A DNA stretch of 64,000 nucleotides, taken from IMG/VR virus record IMGVR_UViG_3300048817_000099, one strand, 5' to 3'. This document shows positions 40,016-50,800 of this stretch, in pieces; the first letter of the stretch is position 1; every line of letters begins with the position of its first letter. The notes under the pieces are model-generated. The model saw only the letters and a list, made by a program, of their open reading frames with translations, had not been told where the DNA came from and did no database searches. This stretch comes from an uncultured virus (IMG/VR IMGVR_UViG_3300048817_000099) (lineage: Duplodnaviria > Heunggongvirae > Uroviricota > Caudoviricetes). Both the position numbers and the translations under genes were made by a program.

Positions 40016-40756
40016 GTGAGCGATTTCGATCCCACCCGTTTCAGCGAACAGGGATGGAAGAACCGCCAAGCTCGCAATCGGGCACGGCAGAGGGCTCGCC
40101 ATCGAACCGGCATGCACTTCCACGACGAGTATCTCCGGGCGGCGAAGAAGGCATCTGAGGCCGGCCAGATTCCGACCTCGGCCAAAGCGACGGGCTACCG
40201 GTACGTCAGCGAGAGACACCCGAGGACCTACCAGCGCTACTACCAGGAAGAACTGGCGAAGGAGACGCTCATCGACTTGCCAATGGGAACGAAGCCCATC
40301 TACCCCTGTGGCACCGAACAGGCGTGGAAACGACATGTTCGTTACGGCGAGGACCCCATGGAATGCGAGGTCTGCCGAGCGTGGTTCGAGACCGACCCCG
40401 TCTTCTCCCGAACGTGCAAGACCTGCGAGCGTGTTTTCCCCAGTCGGTACCCTCGGTCCTTCTGCGACAAGCGCTGCAAGACCATCTGGATGTCCTGCCT
40501 ACGGCACTGGGCGGATCCGGTCTATTCGAGGCTCTGCCAGGCCAGAGCAGACCTCCGGTCGTCGCTGACCACTCCGAGCCAGAAGCGCCGGGCCCGAGAG
40601 AACCTGGTCGAGTACAAGCGCACGGGGACAATCTCCCGCCGCTACGCGAACACCGGTGCCCATGCCGACTCCATCGTGCGACAGCTGGCGGCCGAGATAG
40701 GTCTTGACCTGGACGAGGCCATCGCTCGGGTGTCCGGTGGGCTGGTGGCGTCGTGA
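40016..40756 (+). CDS. Hypothetical Zn-finger-containing protein
   Basis: PCGT..AWKRH...CEVC, CKTC, FCDKRC. Confidence 0.6.
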   Translation: MSDFDPTRFSEQGWKNRQARNRARQRARHRTGMHFHDEYLRAAKKASEAGQIPTSAKATGYRYVSERHPRTYQRYYQEELAKETLIDLPMGTKPIYPCGTEQAWKRHVRYGEDPMECEVCRAWFETDPVFSRTCKTCERVFPSRYPRSFCDKRCKTIWMSCLRHWADPVYSRLCQARADLRSSLTTPSQKRRARENLVEYKRTGTISRRYANTGAHADSIVRQLAAEIGLDLDEAIARVSGGLVAS

Positions 40757-41196
40757 GCCTGCTCAACTACTCGACCACAGTGCCGGTGCATCGGACGCTG
40801 GGCCAGGTGACCGAACTGCTGGTCAAGGCCGGCGCCCGACAGATGATGACCGACTACGGCGAGGACGGCGCTCCGTCTGGCATCACATTCTCGGTCGAGA
40901 CCGCGCTTGGACTGCGGGCATTCATGCTCCCGGTGAAGGTCGATGCCGTCTGCCAGGTCCTCCAGAAGGACCGCAAGATTCCACCGAGGCTCCGTACTCC
41001 TGAACAGGGACAACGGGTGGCTTGGCGCATCATGAAGGACTGGCTCGAGGCCCAGCTCGCCATCATCGACACGGAGATGGTCACGCTTGACCAGGTGATG
41101 CTGCCGTACATGCGGTCGGCTGACGGCGAGACCTTCTACGACGCCTACCTCAACGGACACGGGACGCAGCCCGCACTCGGGGCGGGTGAATCGTGA
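40753..41196 (+). CDS. Conserved phage hypothetical protein
   Basis: NYSTTVP...F.LP...QRVAWRIMKDWLEAQLA...LPY. Confidence 0.7.
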   Translation: MSLLNYSTTVPVHRTLGQVTELLVKAGARQMMTDYGEDGAPSGITFSVETALGLRAFMLPVKVDAVCQVLQKDRKIPPRLRTPEQGQRVAWRIMKDWLEAQLAIIDTEMVTLDQVMLPYMRSADGETFYDAYLNGHGTQPALGAGES

Positions 41197-42729
41197 GAAG
41201 TCGCCCATTCCGAGAGCCACCGGTGAACACCAGCGACGCGCTGTCCCGTCCGCGGCCCATCTGGCGGCTGCGTACCCGGCTCAGTCCCTACTTCAGCCGA
41301 TGCGGCCGGTGTGGATTCTCCTGGAACGTCGTAGCGGGCCATGACACTCCGTACAGCACCCACTCGGCCTGCTTCCCCCTCTGCGAAGGGTGCTGGCGTG
41401 CACTGATGCCCGAGGAGCGGCTGCCGTTCTACCTGGCGCTGATGGACCAGTGGGAGGCCGGGGGCGAACCTGATCACAACGGCACGTCCTGGCCTCAACT
41501 CCGACGAGACGTGGCACTGGCGGTGTGGGATGGGAAGTGAGTTTGGGCTGGTCGCGAGCCTGAGCGAATCATTCGACCGCATCGCTCCGTGTCCAATCTG
41601 CGGCGATAAGCCCATGGCCATGACCCCACGTATCGAAGCGGGGCAGGAAGTCCCGTTGGGTCCGGTAGTCACGTTCAAGGCTGGCGATCGCCTCGTCGGC
41701 TTCACACTTCAGCCCTGCGGTCACAACGTCGAGCTGGTGGAATGGAGCGTTGAGCACGGGTATCGGTTTGAGGCGGTGGAGGCGTGACTCGCCGATTCCG
41801 ATTCTGGCTGGCTGATCAGCTTCTTAAACTGGTGCACCTACTTATCGCCAAGTACAGCGATTGCATTTTCGATGGGTGACGACGAACGGGTGTGCGGCGC
41901 GCTCCACGCTGTCCGGTCGATGTTCCTCGCCGGCGACGTGTTCGTGGTGGCCTGCAACAAACTGGCCCACGGTGCCGAGGTCGAACACGCCCACGAGTGG
42001 GGCGACCACCGTGTGACCTGGACCGCGACCACGACGAACGCTCCTCCTCGGCCCGAGCCGCCCCGGCCGGATCCAGGCGACCCCTACGGTGACCCCATGT
42101 GGGGCGAGACCATGCGGTCGTTCGACGCCTGGTGGGAACGACGGTTCGGTCGACGGCGCAGGGGTGACTATCGAGGGCCGGTATGACTGCCACCCTCGCT
42201 GAAGTTCCGCCATTACCTCCAGCGCCCCCAGGCGACGACGGATGGGGCGGAGGGTGGGAACCTGACGGCTACCGACAACTCGGCGGCTGCATCCATTGCC
42301 AGCACGCCTACGCCGACCACTACATAACCGGTCGCCCTGGGTGCTCGCTGAGCGGTTGCCGGTGTCCTGACTACGCCCCAGGGGCCTGGTGATGGGCAGG
42401 TACAGCTCGACCACGATGCAGATGCGCTGCGCCTACTGCAATCGAGACCTGCCGTGGGACACCGACCACTTCCCGAGCCGGACCTACGCCCAGTGCTGGG
42501 ACTGTGTCCGAGCCGACCGCAACGCGCGCCTGACCCGCCGCCAGCGCCGGATGATCCGCAAGGGCCGTTGTCCCGACTGCGAGCGCCCGCTGAGCAACCC
42601 CGAGTTCCGATGCCTTCGCAGACCGGCCAAGGGTATGGTCTGGGGTCACGGCCCAGCTCCCACGAAAGCGCCTCCGAAGCGTCCTGTCCCAAAGGGCGGC
42701 TCTCAGGAGTCCGACACGGAGAGTTGACA

Positions 42730-43239
42730 GTGGACGCCGAGCCGCTGTCCGACGACACGTCAACCGATGGCGCACTGACCGAGCGCTGGACTTTTCGGCA
42801 CACGGTGGAATTCAGAGACCGATGCCAGGCCGCTGCGCTCGATTGCGAGATGAAACCAGCCGACTGGCTCCGGGCCGTCGTCTATGGCGCTTTGACCATG
42901 CATGAGCAGCGAGAACAGCAGTTCATCGACCCCGATCCCGAGTGGCCCGACCCTGAAGAACCCCAGGTCACAACCGATGTCGCGCCCCAACCCGTCGACG
43001 ACGACTACGCCGAACGAGTCAGAGCCGAGGGCGCCCGCATCCGAGAAGCGCGGATTGAGTCGCGAACCGCGGATGAATCGCGGATTGCTGAAACAGACCC
43101 GGTGACCAGGGAGAAGCTCAACCCCCGCGAGTGCCCCCACCTGCCCAGCGACCGCCGGGGCTCACGCTGCCACGCCTGCGGAGCCACGATTGGCAGCGGG
43201 CGTCGATTGGGCGGGCGGTATGTGCCGCCGATGCGGTGA
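42730..43239 (+). CDS. Hypothetical protein with RHH-like N-terminus
   Basis: RWTFRHT...MKPADWLRAVV. Confidence 0.5.
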   Translation: MDAEPLSDDTSTDGALTERWTFRHTVEFRDRCQAAALDCEMKPADWLRAVVYGALTMHEQREQQFIDPDPEWPDPEEPQVTTDVAPQPVDDDYAERVRAEGARIREARIESRTADESRIAETDPVTREKLNPRECPHLPSDRRGSRCHACGATIGSGRRLGGRYVPPMR

Positions 43240-43243
43240 GAAA

Positions 43244-43282
43244 GTGTTAACACAGCGCCAGTCAGCGGAGTAGTGTTAACAC
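43244..43282. promoter_or_regulatory. Two perfect GTGTTAACAC palindromes, probable operator
   Basis: Copies at 43244-43253 and 43273-43282 directly before the GTG at 43285. Confidence 0.7.
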
Positions 43283-43284
43283 CC

Positions 43285-43641
43285 GTGACCAAGACCACCG
43301 TGTTGGGAATCCGTCTCACCGATGAAGAGCGGGCCATCTGCGACCGTGAGGCTGGCTACAAGAACATGACGACAGCTCAGTGGGCCAAGAACCGTTTGCT
43401 TGCTGGGCTTGGCGGTGTCAACCGAGGCACGCTCAAGAAGGGCGCCGCTGTTGGTCGCGGCCGGGCCGAGGCCCCACCGCTGGCCGGCAACCTGTGGGCA
43501 CGCAAGGTCGACCGGGCAGCCCCGAGACCGCCACGGTCGCAAGATGTCGATGTCAAGCCCAGCGAGTGCAAGCACCCGCTCACTCGTCGGACCAAGGATG
43601 GTCAGTGTTACGAATGTGGCGCGGCGGTGGGCAAGAAATGA
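43285..43641 (+). CDS. RHH/MobC-like DNA-binding protein
   Basis: KTTVLGIRLTDEE...MTTAQWAK. Confidence 0.6.
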   Translation: MTKTTVLGIRLTDEERAICDREAGYKNMTTAQWAKNRLLAGLGGVNRGTLKKGAAVGRGRAEAPPLAGNLWARKVDRAAPRPPRSQDVDVKPSECKHPLTRRTKDGQCYECGAAVGKK

Positions 43642-44279
43642 CTCCACCAACCCCACCAATCACCGTCGAAGTCGAATGGGTCTATGAAGGTGGCGGCGTG
43701 TGGTCTTGCACACTTCTCACTCTCCATGGCGGGGGCGACTACGTGTTCGCTGGCCCTCCGATCGACGGCCCCGACGAGGGCGACGGCATGCTCCTCTCCG
43801 ACCTGCTGGACCAGTCCACGCTCGACTACGTGGCCAAGGTGAAGGCGAGGGGCAAGTGAAGCGTCGAGGACCGCCTAATATCATCGGTAGTCGCCCGTAC
43901 GAGATAGGCGCACGCAGATGGGGCAAACCACCAACCGAAGGAGAACCGATGGAGAACATGGGCGCACGAAAGGTCAATGGGCCGCAGTTCGTCTTCACCG
44001 GCGATAGCCCACAGGCAATCATCGACGCCATGATGAAACAGGGGTTATTGATCCGTGGTGATAGTGGCTGGGTTCATTCGAAAGAGGTTCACAAGCACGG
44101 GCCGTTGGGTATTCCTACCGACGGCGGACCGTATCGAATCACCGTCCAGTGGGCCTGCATGTCGTGTTTGGACGACCTTGGCGTGCCGACCCATCAGTGG
44201 GTGACGGCCGTGGCGCTCGGCTCGGAATGGCCACCGACCGTCAGCCCACCCGACTGACCCGAGGTCTACACTCGGCGGC

Positions 44280-44711
44280 GTGAACCTCTCGGGCCTCACC
44301 AAGTCGCTCCTGTTCTCCCTCGTCGTCCTCGCCGGCCTCGGCGCTGTGGCCATCATGGCGGTCTACGGCCCGCTCAACGGCCTCGAGGCCTACGGCATGC
44401 TCATGGCGGTCACCACGGCCACCGCGGTCTCCGGCGGCGGTATCCTGTCCGGCCCGACCTCCAACACCAACCTGTTGCCCCATCTATTGCTCATCCTCGG
44501 CATCCTGGCCATGACCACTGCGCTCGGTCTCCAGCATGTGTTCACCGACGGCGAGGTCACCGGAGTGTTCGCCGGTCTGTTCGGTGGGGGCATCTTCGGC
44601 TCCGGGGTGACCGTGGTGCCCGCGACCTCGGCAGTGATTCAGGAGGCGGTGCTGGACGAGGCGGTCGACCATCTGCCCGTTGTGGCCGTCCAGACCCCGC
44701 CCGGGCCGTAG
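44280..44711 (+). CDS. Multi-pass membrane protein
   Basis: About four hydrophobic segments; leaderless start after GGTCTACACT. Confidence 0.65.
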   Translation: MNLSGLTKSLLFSLVVLAGLGAVAIMAVYGPLNGLEAYGMLMAVTTATAVSGGGILSGPTSNTNLLPHLLLILGILAMTTALGLQHVFTDGEVTGVFAGLFGGGIFGSGVTVVPATSAVIQEAVLDEAVDHLPVVAVQTPPGP

Positions 44712-44713
44712 CA

Positions 44714-45670
44714 GTGTTCACCCAGGTTCTACTGACCGGCACCTACGTCCAGGGCGACGGCGAGGCGGCCCAGGGCTACGTGGAGTTCACCCCCACGGCC
44801 GACCTGGTGAACCCCATCGGCGGCGCGCCGACGGTCGTGCCCGCCCAGCCCATCGCCAGCGCCCTCAACGCCGAGGGGCAGCTCACCGGTCCCACCGGCT
44901 CGCCCGGCCTCCCGCTGTACGCCAACAACGACACCGGGACCACACCGCAGAACCAGGGGTACCTGGTCCAGGAGTACCTCGGCCCCGAGCCGTCGGTGCC
45001 CTACGTCATCATCGTGCCGTCGGGCACCCCGACGAACACTGTCGACATCAGCCAGCTCATACCGGTCCCGACGATTCCCGACTACTACGATTACTTTATG
45101 ATCTACGACAGCACGTTCGAGTCGGCGGTTCGTGCTGCGGTTCGCATCGACCAGGCGGGGACTCCGCTGAACAGCTGGAGCAACGGCGGCTGGGCCATCC
45201 TGCAGAACGGCTCGCCCTTCGCCTGCCTGGCCGAGACGATCGTCGACACGGCGACCGCTGTGTACACGGCAACGACCAGCCCGACGGCACTGAACTCGGG
45301 ACTGTTGAACGTGTCTTTCGTGGTCCCGCAGAGCGGGAACGTCGTCGTGGAACTAGAAGGATTCATCACCGGTGGCGGCCAGGGGTACTACGGCTGGGGC
45401 ATCGCCACACACGGCACGACCACCGCCCTCGGGTACTGGAACACCCTCAAGGCGGGTGCCACGTCGACGAGTGCTTTCGGTGAGCGAGCCAGGGCCCAGG
45501 TCCGGCTCACGAGCCTCACGCCCGGGGCGACGATCGAGGTCGACTGGATCCACGAGATCTACAACGCGGCGAGCTTCACCGCCGAGACGGCGACCTCGCC
45601 GGGCACGACCTTCGCCCCCGAGTTCGGCGAGGGCTACGGTCCGCTGTTCATGCGCGCCCTGGCGGCGTAG
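44714..45670 (+). CDS. Minor tail / virion protein
   Basis: LTGTY..G.VEFTP N-terminus; C-terminal module shared with the 47891 protein. Confidence 0.65.
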   Translation: MFTQVLLTGTYVQGDGEAAQGYVEFTPTADLVNPIGGAPTVVPAQPIASALNAEGQLTGPTGSPGLPLYANNDTGTTPQNQGYLVQEYLGPEPSVPYVIIVPSGTPTNTVDISQLIPVPTIPDYYDYFMIYDSTFESAVRAAVRIDQAGTPLNSWSNGGWAILQNGSPFACLAETIVDTATAVYTATTSPTALNSGLLNVSFVVPQSGNVVVELEGFITGGGQGYYGWGIATHGTTTALGYWNTLKAGATSTSAFGERARAQVRLTSLTPGATIEVDWIHEIYNAASFTAETATSPGTTFAPEFGEGYGPLFMRALAA

Positions 45671-47055
45671 TGCCGTCGGCACTCCTGCACGACGGGCCAC
45701 CGCCCACCTCCCAGATCCCGATACCTGTACCGCAACTAGCTGCTGACAACTTCACGATGACGGACTCGACCGCTACCGGGGTCGGCGGCAAAACACGGCG
45801 AGGACGGATCATTGCTCTGCCAGGTCTCGGCGGGTCCTCGGCGACCTTCCCGTGGCTAACTCCGACAGGACTTCCAGCGGCCCTGGCGGCGCAGGGATGG
45901 CAGGTGGTGCAGACCCCGAACATATTGCAGGGGACCACGGCAACGCCTCCGGTCGGCGGTTTGCAATGGGGTCTCTCGGACTTCTTGGTCGGCGGCATCC
46001 CGCAACCGTTCGCGGGTAAACGCCTGCTCGACGACTGCAACACGGACCCGGGTAACGGCAACCGCTTCCGTGTCACGAACGAGAAGTACTTCGACCACCT
46101 CGTCGACTTCTGCAACTTCAACTACCCCCCGAGCACGGGCAGTTGGCCGACCACGGTCACCTTGATGCCGACGTTCATCATCGGAATGTCGTGGGGGGCA
46201 TGGTGGGGACTGAACCTGGCCATGCACCGCGGCGGCAACGGGCCGTGCGGCACGCCGCAGAACTTCACCAACGAGGTCGGTGGAGGCGGCGGAGGGCTGG
46301 GCGGTGGCAGCAACTACAAGATCTGCGGGGCCTACGTCCACTGCCCGGTCAACCGGTGGAACAATCTGAACACCGCCAACACCGGGTTCTACGGGTGGAA
46401 CCAACTGACCACCCAGTTCTTCCAGGGCATGAACCACGGGCCGACCGACCTCAACAACGTCACCATCCCGGTGCGGGCCACCTGGTCGGTCGTGGACGGC
46501 TTCATCACCCAGGTGGACCCGCCGATCGACGCGATCACCATGGTGCAGAACGGGGCAGTCGCTTTGGGTGGGGCAGCCGTCAACGGCACCGTGGCTATCC
46601 CGAGTGGGCAAAGCCTGGGTGTGGGCACGGCGTTCGCCTCGGGGACTGGCGTGCTCAACTTGGGCACCATTGGCGGGACACTGCCACCGGCCAGTGCCCT
46701 CGGTTCGTCGCCCGGGCCACAAGCGCTGTTCCTGAACAACATCAACGGTGCTGGCGGTTTCGGCCCGGTCACCTACGTCGCCCTCCAGTACACCGGCATC
46801 AGCGGGACCACGCTGACCGGGTGCTACGTGGCGGCTATCGGCGGATCCGGCACCATCTTCACCACGGCGAGCTCCTACGGCACGGCGGCCTCGGCCACGG
46901 GCACCTGGGCTGGCATCGGCCACGGGTCGGTCACCGGCCAGGGCCAGGCCGAGAACCACACCTGGGACGGGAACGGCACGCTCAACCCCGACAGCGACGA
47001 CTGCCTCCAGTGGTTCGAGAACGTCATCCAGCCCGCCTACCCGTTCGCGTATTGA
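45670..47055 (+). CDS. Virion-associated alpha/beta hydrolase-like protein
   Basis: LPGLGG oxyanion-like motif, GMSWG nucleophile elbow, late His; located in the tail module. Confidence 0.55.
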   Translation: MPSALLHDGPPPTSQIPIPVPQLAADNFTMTDSTATGVGGKTRRGRIIALPGLGGSSATFPWLTPTGLPAALAAQGWQVVQTPNILQGTTATPPVGGLQWGLSDFLVGGIPQPFAGKRLLDDCNTDPGNGNRFRVTNEKYFDHLVDFCNFNYPPSTGSWPTTVTLMPTFIIGMSWGAWWGLNLAMHRGGNGPCGTPQNFTNEVGGGGGGLGGGSNYKICGAYVHCPVNRWNNLNTANTGFYGWNQLTTQFFQGMNHGPTDLNNVTIPVRATWSVVDGFITQVDPPIDAITMVQNGAVALGGAAVNGTVAIPSGQSLGVGTAFASGTGVLNLGTIGGTLPPASALGSSPGPQALFLNNINGAGGFGPVTYVALQYTGISGTTLTGCYVAAIGGSGTIFTTASSYGTAASATGTWAGIGHGSVTGQGQAENHTWDGNGTLNPDSDDCLQWFENVIQPAYPFAY

Positions 47056-47213
47056 GCGGACGAACGGTCTACACTCAATCCGACATGGCAACCCGAGGCG
47101 ACGTGGTCGAACACGAACCGATGACGCTGGTGGCCAGCGCTGGCCCCGACGAGTCGACCCCGCTGGTCGGGTCGGTCTATCCCGACGAGCTGCTTGACGA
47201 GGACGAAGAGTAG

Positions 47214-47585
47214 ATGTCCCGCTTGCCCACCGCCCAAGAGAACACCATGATCGCGGCCGGGTTCGTCCCGAGCACGACGTACTACTTCGCCCTGTTTACC
47301 ACCGACCCGGGCACGACGGGGGCGTCCGGCGAGGTCAGCGGCGGTGCCGGGCCCTACGCCCGACAGGCGCTGGTCTTCGGCGCGGCCTCCGGTGGGGTGG
47401 AGGCTTCGACCGACGCCCAGAACTTCACCGGGATGCCGGCGGCCACCGTGCCGTACGCGGGCATCTTCTCGCTCCTCAGCGGGGGCACCTACGAGGGCGG
47501 CATGGCGCTGGGCGCATCCCTGACGGTTCCTGCGGGTGCGACGGTGGCTTGTGCAATTGGTGCGGTTACGGTGTCTCAATCGTGA
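47214..47585 (+). CDS. Minor tail protein
   Basis: YFALFTTDPG...EVSGG..YARQ pattern. Confidence 0.65.
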   Translation: MSRLPTAQENTMIAAGFVPSTTYYFALFTTDPGTTGASGEVSGGAGPYARQALVFGAASGGVEASTDAQNFTGMPAATVPYAGIFSLLSGGTYEGGMALGASLTVPAGATVACAIGAVTVSQS

Positions 47586-47595
47586 GGAGCGACCG

Positions 47596-47889
47596 ATGAT
47601 CAAGCACCCCGATGGCGTCAACACCGACCGCGACGGCAACGAGACGCCCCGGTTCCGTTACGAACTGACCCAACAGGAGCACGACGACGGGTTCGCCCTG
47701 TTCGTGACCGGGCCCATCGCCGGCACCTTCGTGGTCGACGGCACGTCCTACGATGTGACCGAGTACGCCATTCCGGTGAAGGCCGAACACGTCGGGCCGT
47801 TGCACATCGCCATCCATCGCGCACACCAAGCAGCGGGCCGCTTCCTCGACAGCCCGGTACCGGAGCTTGCTGACGTCTCGGTGACCTGA
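47596..47889 (+). CDS. Hypothetical protein
   Basis: RBS gagga; lies in the structural operon. Confidence 0.55.
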   Translation: MIKHPDGVNTDRDGNETPRFRYELTQQEHDDGFALFVTGPIAGTFVVDGTSYDVTEYAIPVKAEHVGPLHIAIHRAHQAAGRFLDSPVPELADVSVT

Positions 47890-47890
47890 C

Positions 47891-50800
47891 ATGGCGGTCG
47901 TGATGCCGAGCTTGCCGGACCTGCCTTCCTTCGAGGGCATGTGCGAAGAGGACGGCGTCGACCTGTGGGCGCTGATGTGCGCTGGTCACGGCACGGGCAT
48001 CGTCGCAGGAGGACTGGTGACTCCGGGCGTCGGCATGTCGGTAAACGTCTCCGCCGCCGTGGTCAAGATTCAGGGCGCACGGTATCTGTTCGCCGGGGTG
48101 TCCAACCTGGCGGTGAACGCGGCGAACACCGGTGACAGACGAGATACCGTGATCCTGCGGCTGGCCTCCGGCGTGGTGACCGCCGTGGTGGTCGCAGGGA
48201 CGCCGAGCACGTACACAGGAGGCAACTGGACGGTAGGTCTCGACCCGGCTGTCTGGCAGGCACCGCAGAAGGCCCACGTCAACTGGCAGTCGGCCAACGA
48301 CTCGGCCGGGTTCGTGAACGTGGACACCGACTGCCCGCTCGAGGAGGTCTACGTCGCCTCGTCCAACGGGAGTAACACCACCAGCATCTCCTCGACGACG
48401 CCGACCGGCACGCCCGCCGGCAACCTGGTCGAGAAGCGCAGCGTCATCTCCAACTTCCAGCCCATCCTCCAGAGCCTCGCCGAGGGCCAGGACGCCACCG
48501 GGCACAGCGGGAATCTTGGAGCGGCATCGGTGCTCAACTCACTGCCTATCGTCGGGCAGGTCGGGGCGGCGAGTATCGGGGTCGCTGTCTCAGGCCTAAC
48601 CACGATCACCCTGGCACCCGGTCCCAACCAGTTCCCCAGCACGAACGGTCCCGTCTTCGGCGGAGGGGTAGGGGGCATCACGGTCCCGACGACCACCGGC
48701 ACGGCAATCTTCTTCACCGGCGGAAACGCTGGCAACGTGTTGACCGGGTTGACGCTGTTCGGCGGGACGGGGAACATCGTCGCCGGCAACGTGACGACCT
48801 TCCAGTCGTTCGCCATGCCGGCGATCGACGTGGTGGCAGGTGACTGGATCGCCATGGGCGTGGGCGGAAAGTTCGGGTCGACGGACTGGTCGAGCGTCCT
48901 GTGCCAGATGGAGAACCTTGAGGCCGGCCTCACCGCGCCGGGCCAGGGATTCATCATGCCCTACGGCGGCACCGGCAACCCCTTCTACGGGAACTTCGGG
49001 TGGAGCGGTAACGATTACGTGCAGTCGTCGGCCAACACGGGAGCGTCCAGTCCTAGCGGGGGCCCGTATACCCTGACCTACACCACCACGCTGCCCAGCG
49101 GCGTGGTGACGGGTATGACCTGCCAGGGACCGGGCATCACGGGGACGGCAACCGTGTCGGTCAGCGGCCTGGTGGTCACGCTCACCGGCACAATTGCTAC
49201 CGGCGGGCTGATCGTTGGTGGCACCTACACCTACGGGTACCAGGCCACGACGGGTAGCCCGACGCCGAGCGCGACTACCAGCGCCACCATTCCCAGCGGT
49301 ATCAGCCTCTCCGACACGAGTCAGACCTTCCGACGAGCCATCGTGTACTGGCTGGTCCAGCCCAACGGGCAGAAGATCGCCATCGCCACCACCGGCACGG
49401 TCAAGACGCTGGCGGCGATCGACACCCACGTCCAGACGGCGTCGGTGACCCTCGGCACCACCAACCAGGTCACCGTGGCCTCGGGCGGGTTCCCCGGTTC
49501 GGCGGTAGGCGACACCGTGACCGTGTACTCGGGCACCGGCACCATCCCGGCGAACACCACCATCCTCTCGATCAGCGGCAACACCATGACCTTGTCGGCG
49601 GTCACCACGGCGGGCACGGCGACCATCGCCTACCAGGGCTACCGGTCGTGGGATTCGGGCGATCTCGGCGGCATCACTGGCACGGGTGTGACCGTGACGG
49701 CTTCGGCCCATAGCGTCGGGACGGGTGCGGCCAACCTGACCATCGTCGGGCTGACCTACATGAACGGATCGATGACCGGCGGCGGTTCGATCATGAATGT
49801 CCTGGCTCAGTCAGGATCGTCCTCGTCCCAATGGGCACCGAGCGGATCCACCGGCCTCTACAACTGGGTCCAGATGCTCACCAACAACGGGAGTCCGCCC
49901 CGGCGGGTGATCCTGTGCTTCGGAGCGGTCGACGCCTTTACCAGCCAAGGCGGGACGCCGACCACGTTGGCGGCCAATCTCACGGCTTGCGTGCAGGCGA
50001 TCCAGGCCATCAGCGGTCTCATCGAGATAGTGCTGGTGGCCGAGTACGCCGTGGGAGGGGCGGTCATCGGAGATACCACCGTGGCCGCAGCTGTGTGGGG
50101 CGGTTCATGGGTGCCGGCCATCCGCCAGGTGGCAGCAGCGAACGGTTGCACGTTCGTGGACATGTGGGCCAGGTACGGGAACTGCACGAGCCACCGGCAG
50201 GTGACCGACCTAGTGACGACGGCCGGTAGCCCGACCGTGACCAGCGCCACCGCCTCGTTCACCGCCGAGGACAACGGGAACTTCATCAGTTGCCCCGGAC
50301 TACTCCCGTTCGGCACCACTCTCACCTACGTCAACAGCACGACCGCGACAGCGTCGACCAACGCCGCCTTCAGTGCCACCGCCGTGCAGGCGACGATCGG
50401 TGGCGACCCCTACGGGATGACCATCGACAACGGGCTGCACTTCGGTGTCCCGAGCGGCGTGGCCACCAGCGCCACGAGCAACTCGGCCAGCAACCGGAAC
50501 GGCCAACGGGCGCATGCCGAACTGTTCTGGAAGAAGCTCGGCTACAGCCAGGCACAAGGCGCGGGTGGGGCGAGTAGTCCGACATTTCAGAACCTGACCC
50601 TCGCCGGGAACGAGACTGTCGCAGGCACGCTCGGTGTGACTGGGTTGGCCCTCTTCGGCCCGTTCGGCCTTCCGATTACGGCCATCTCGGTACCGGGAGC
50701 TACGCCGACCATCAACGCCAGCATTTCGTCGCACATCGCACTCACCGGTATCGCCACGGCGATCACGAACATGTCGACCAACCTCACCACTCCAGCGTCG

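Noticed and set aside
45856..47091. Long antisense ORFs (also 20623-21891, 22984-24069, 48596-49711, 58249-59679, 60245-61282)
   Set aside because: Shadow ORFs expected opposite high-GC3 genes; no recognisable motifs.
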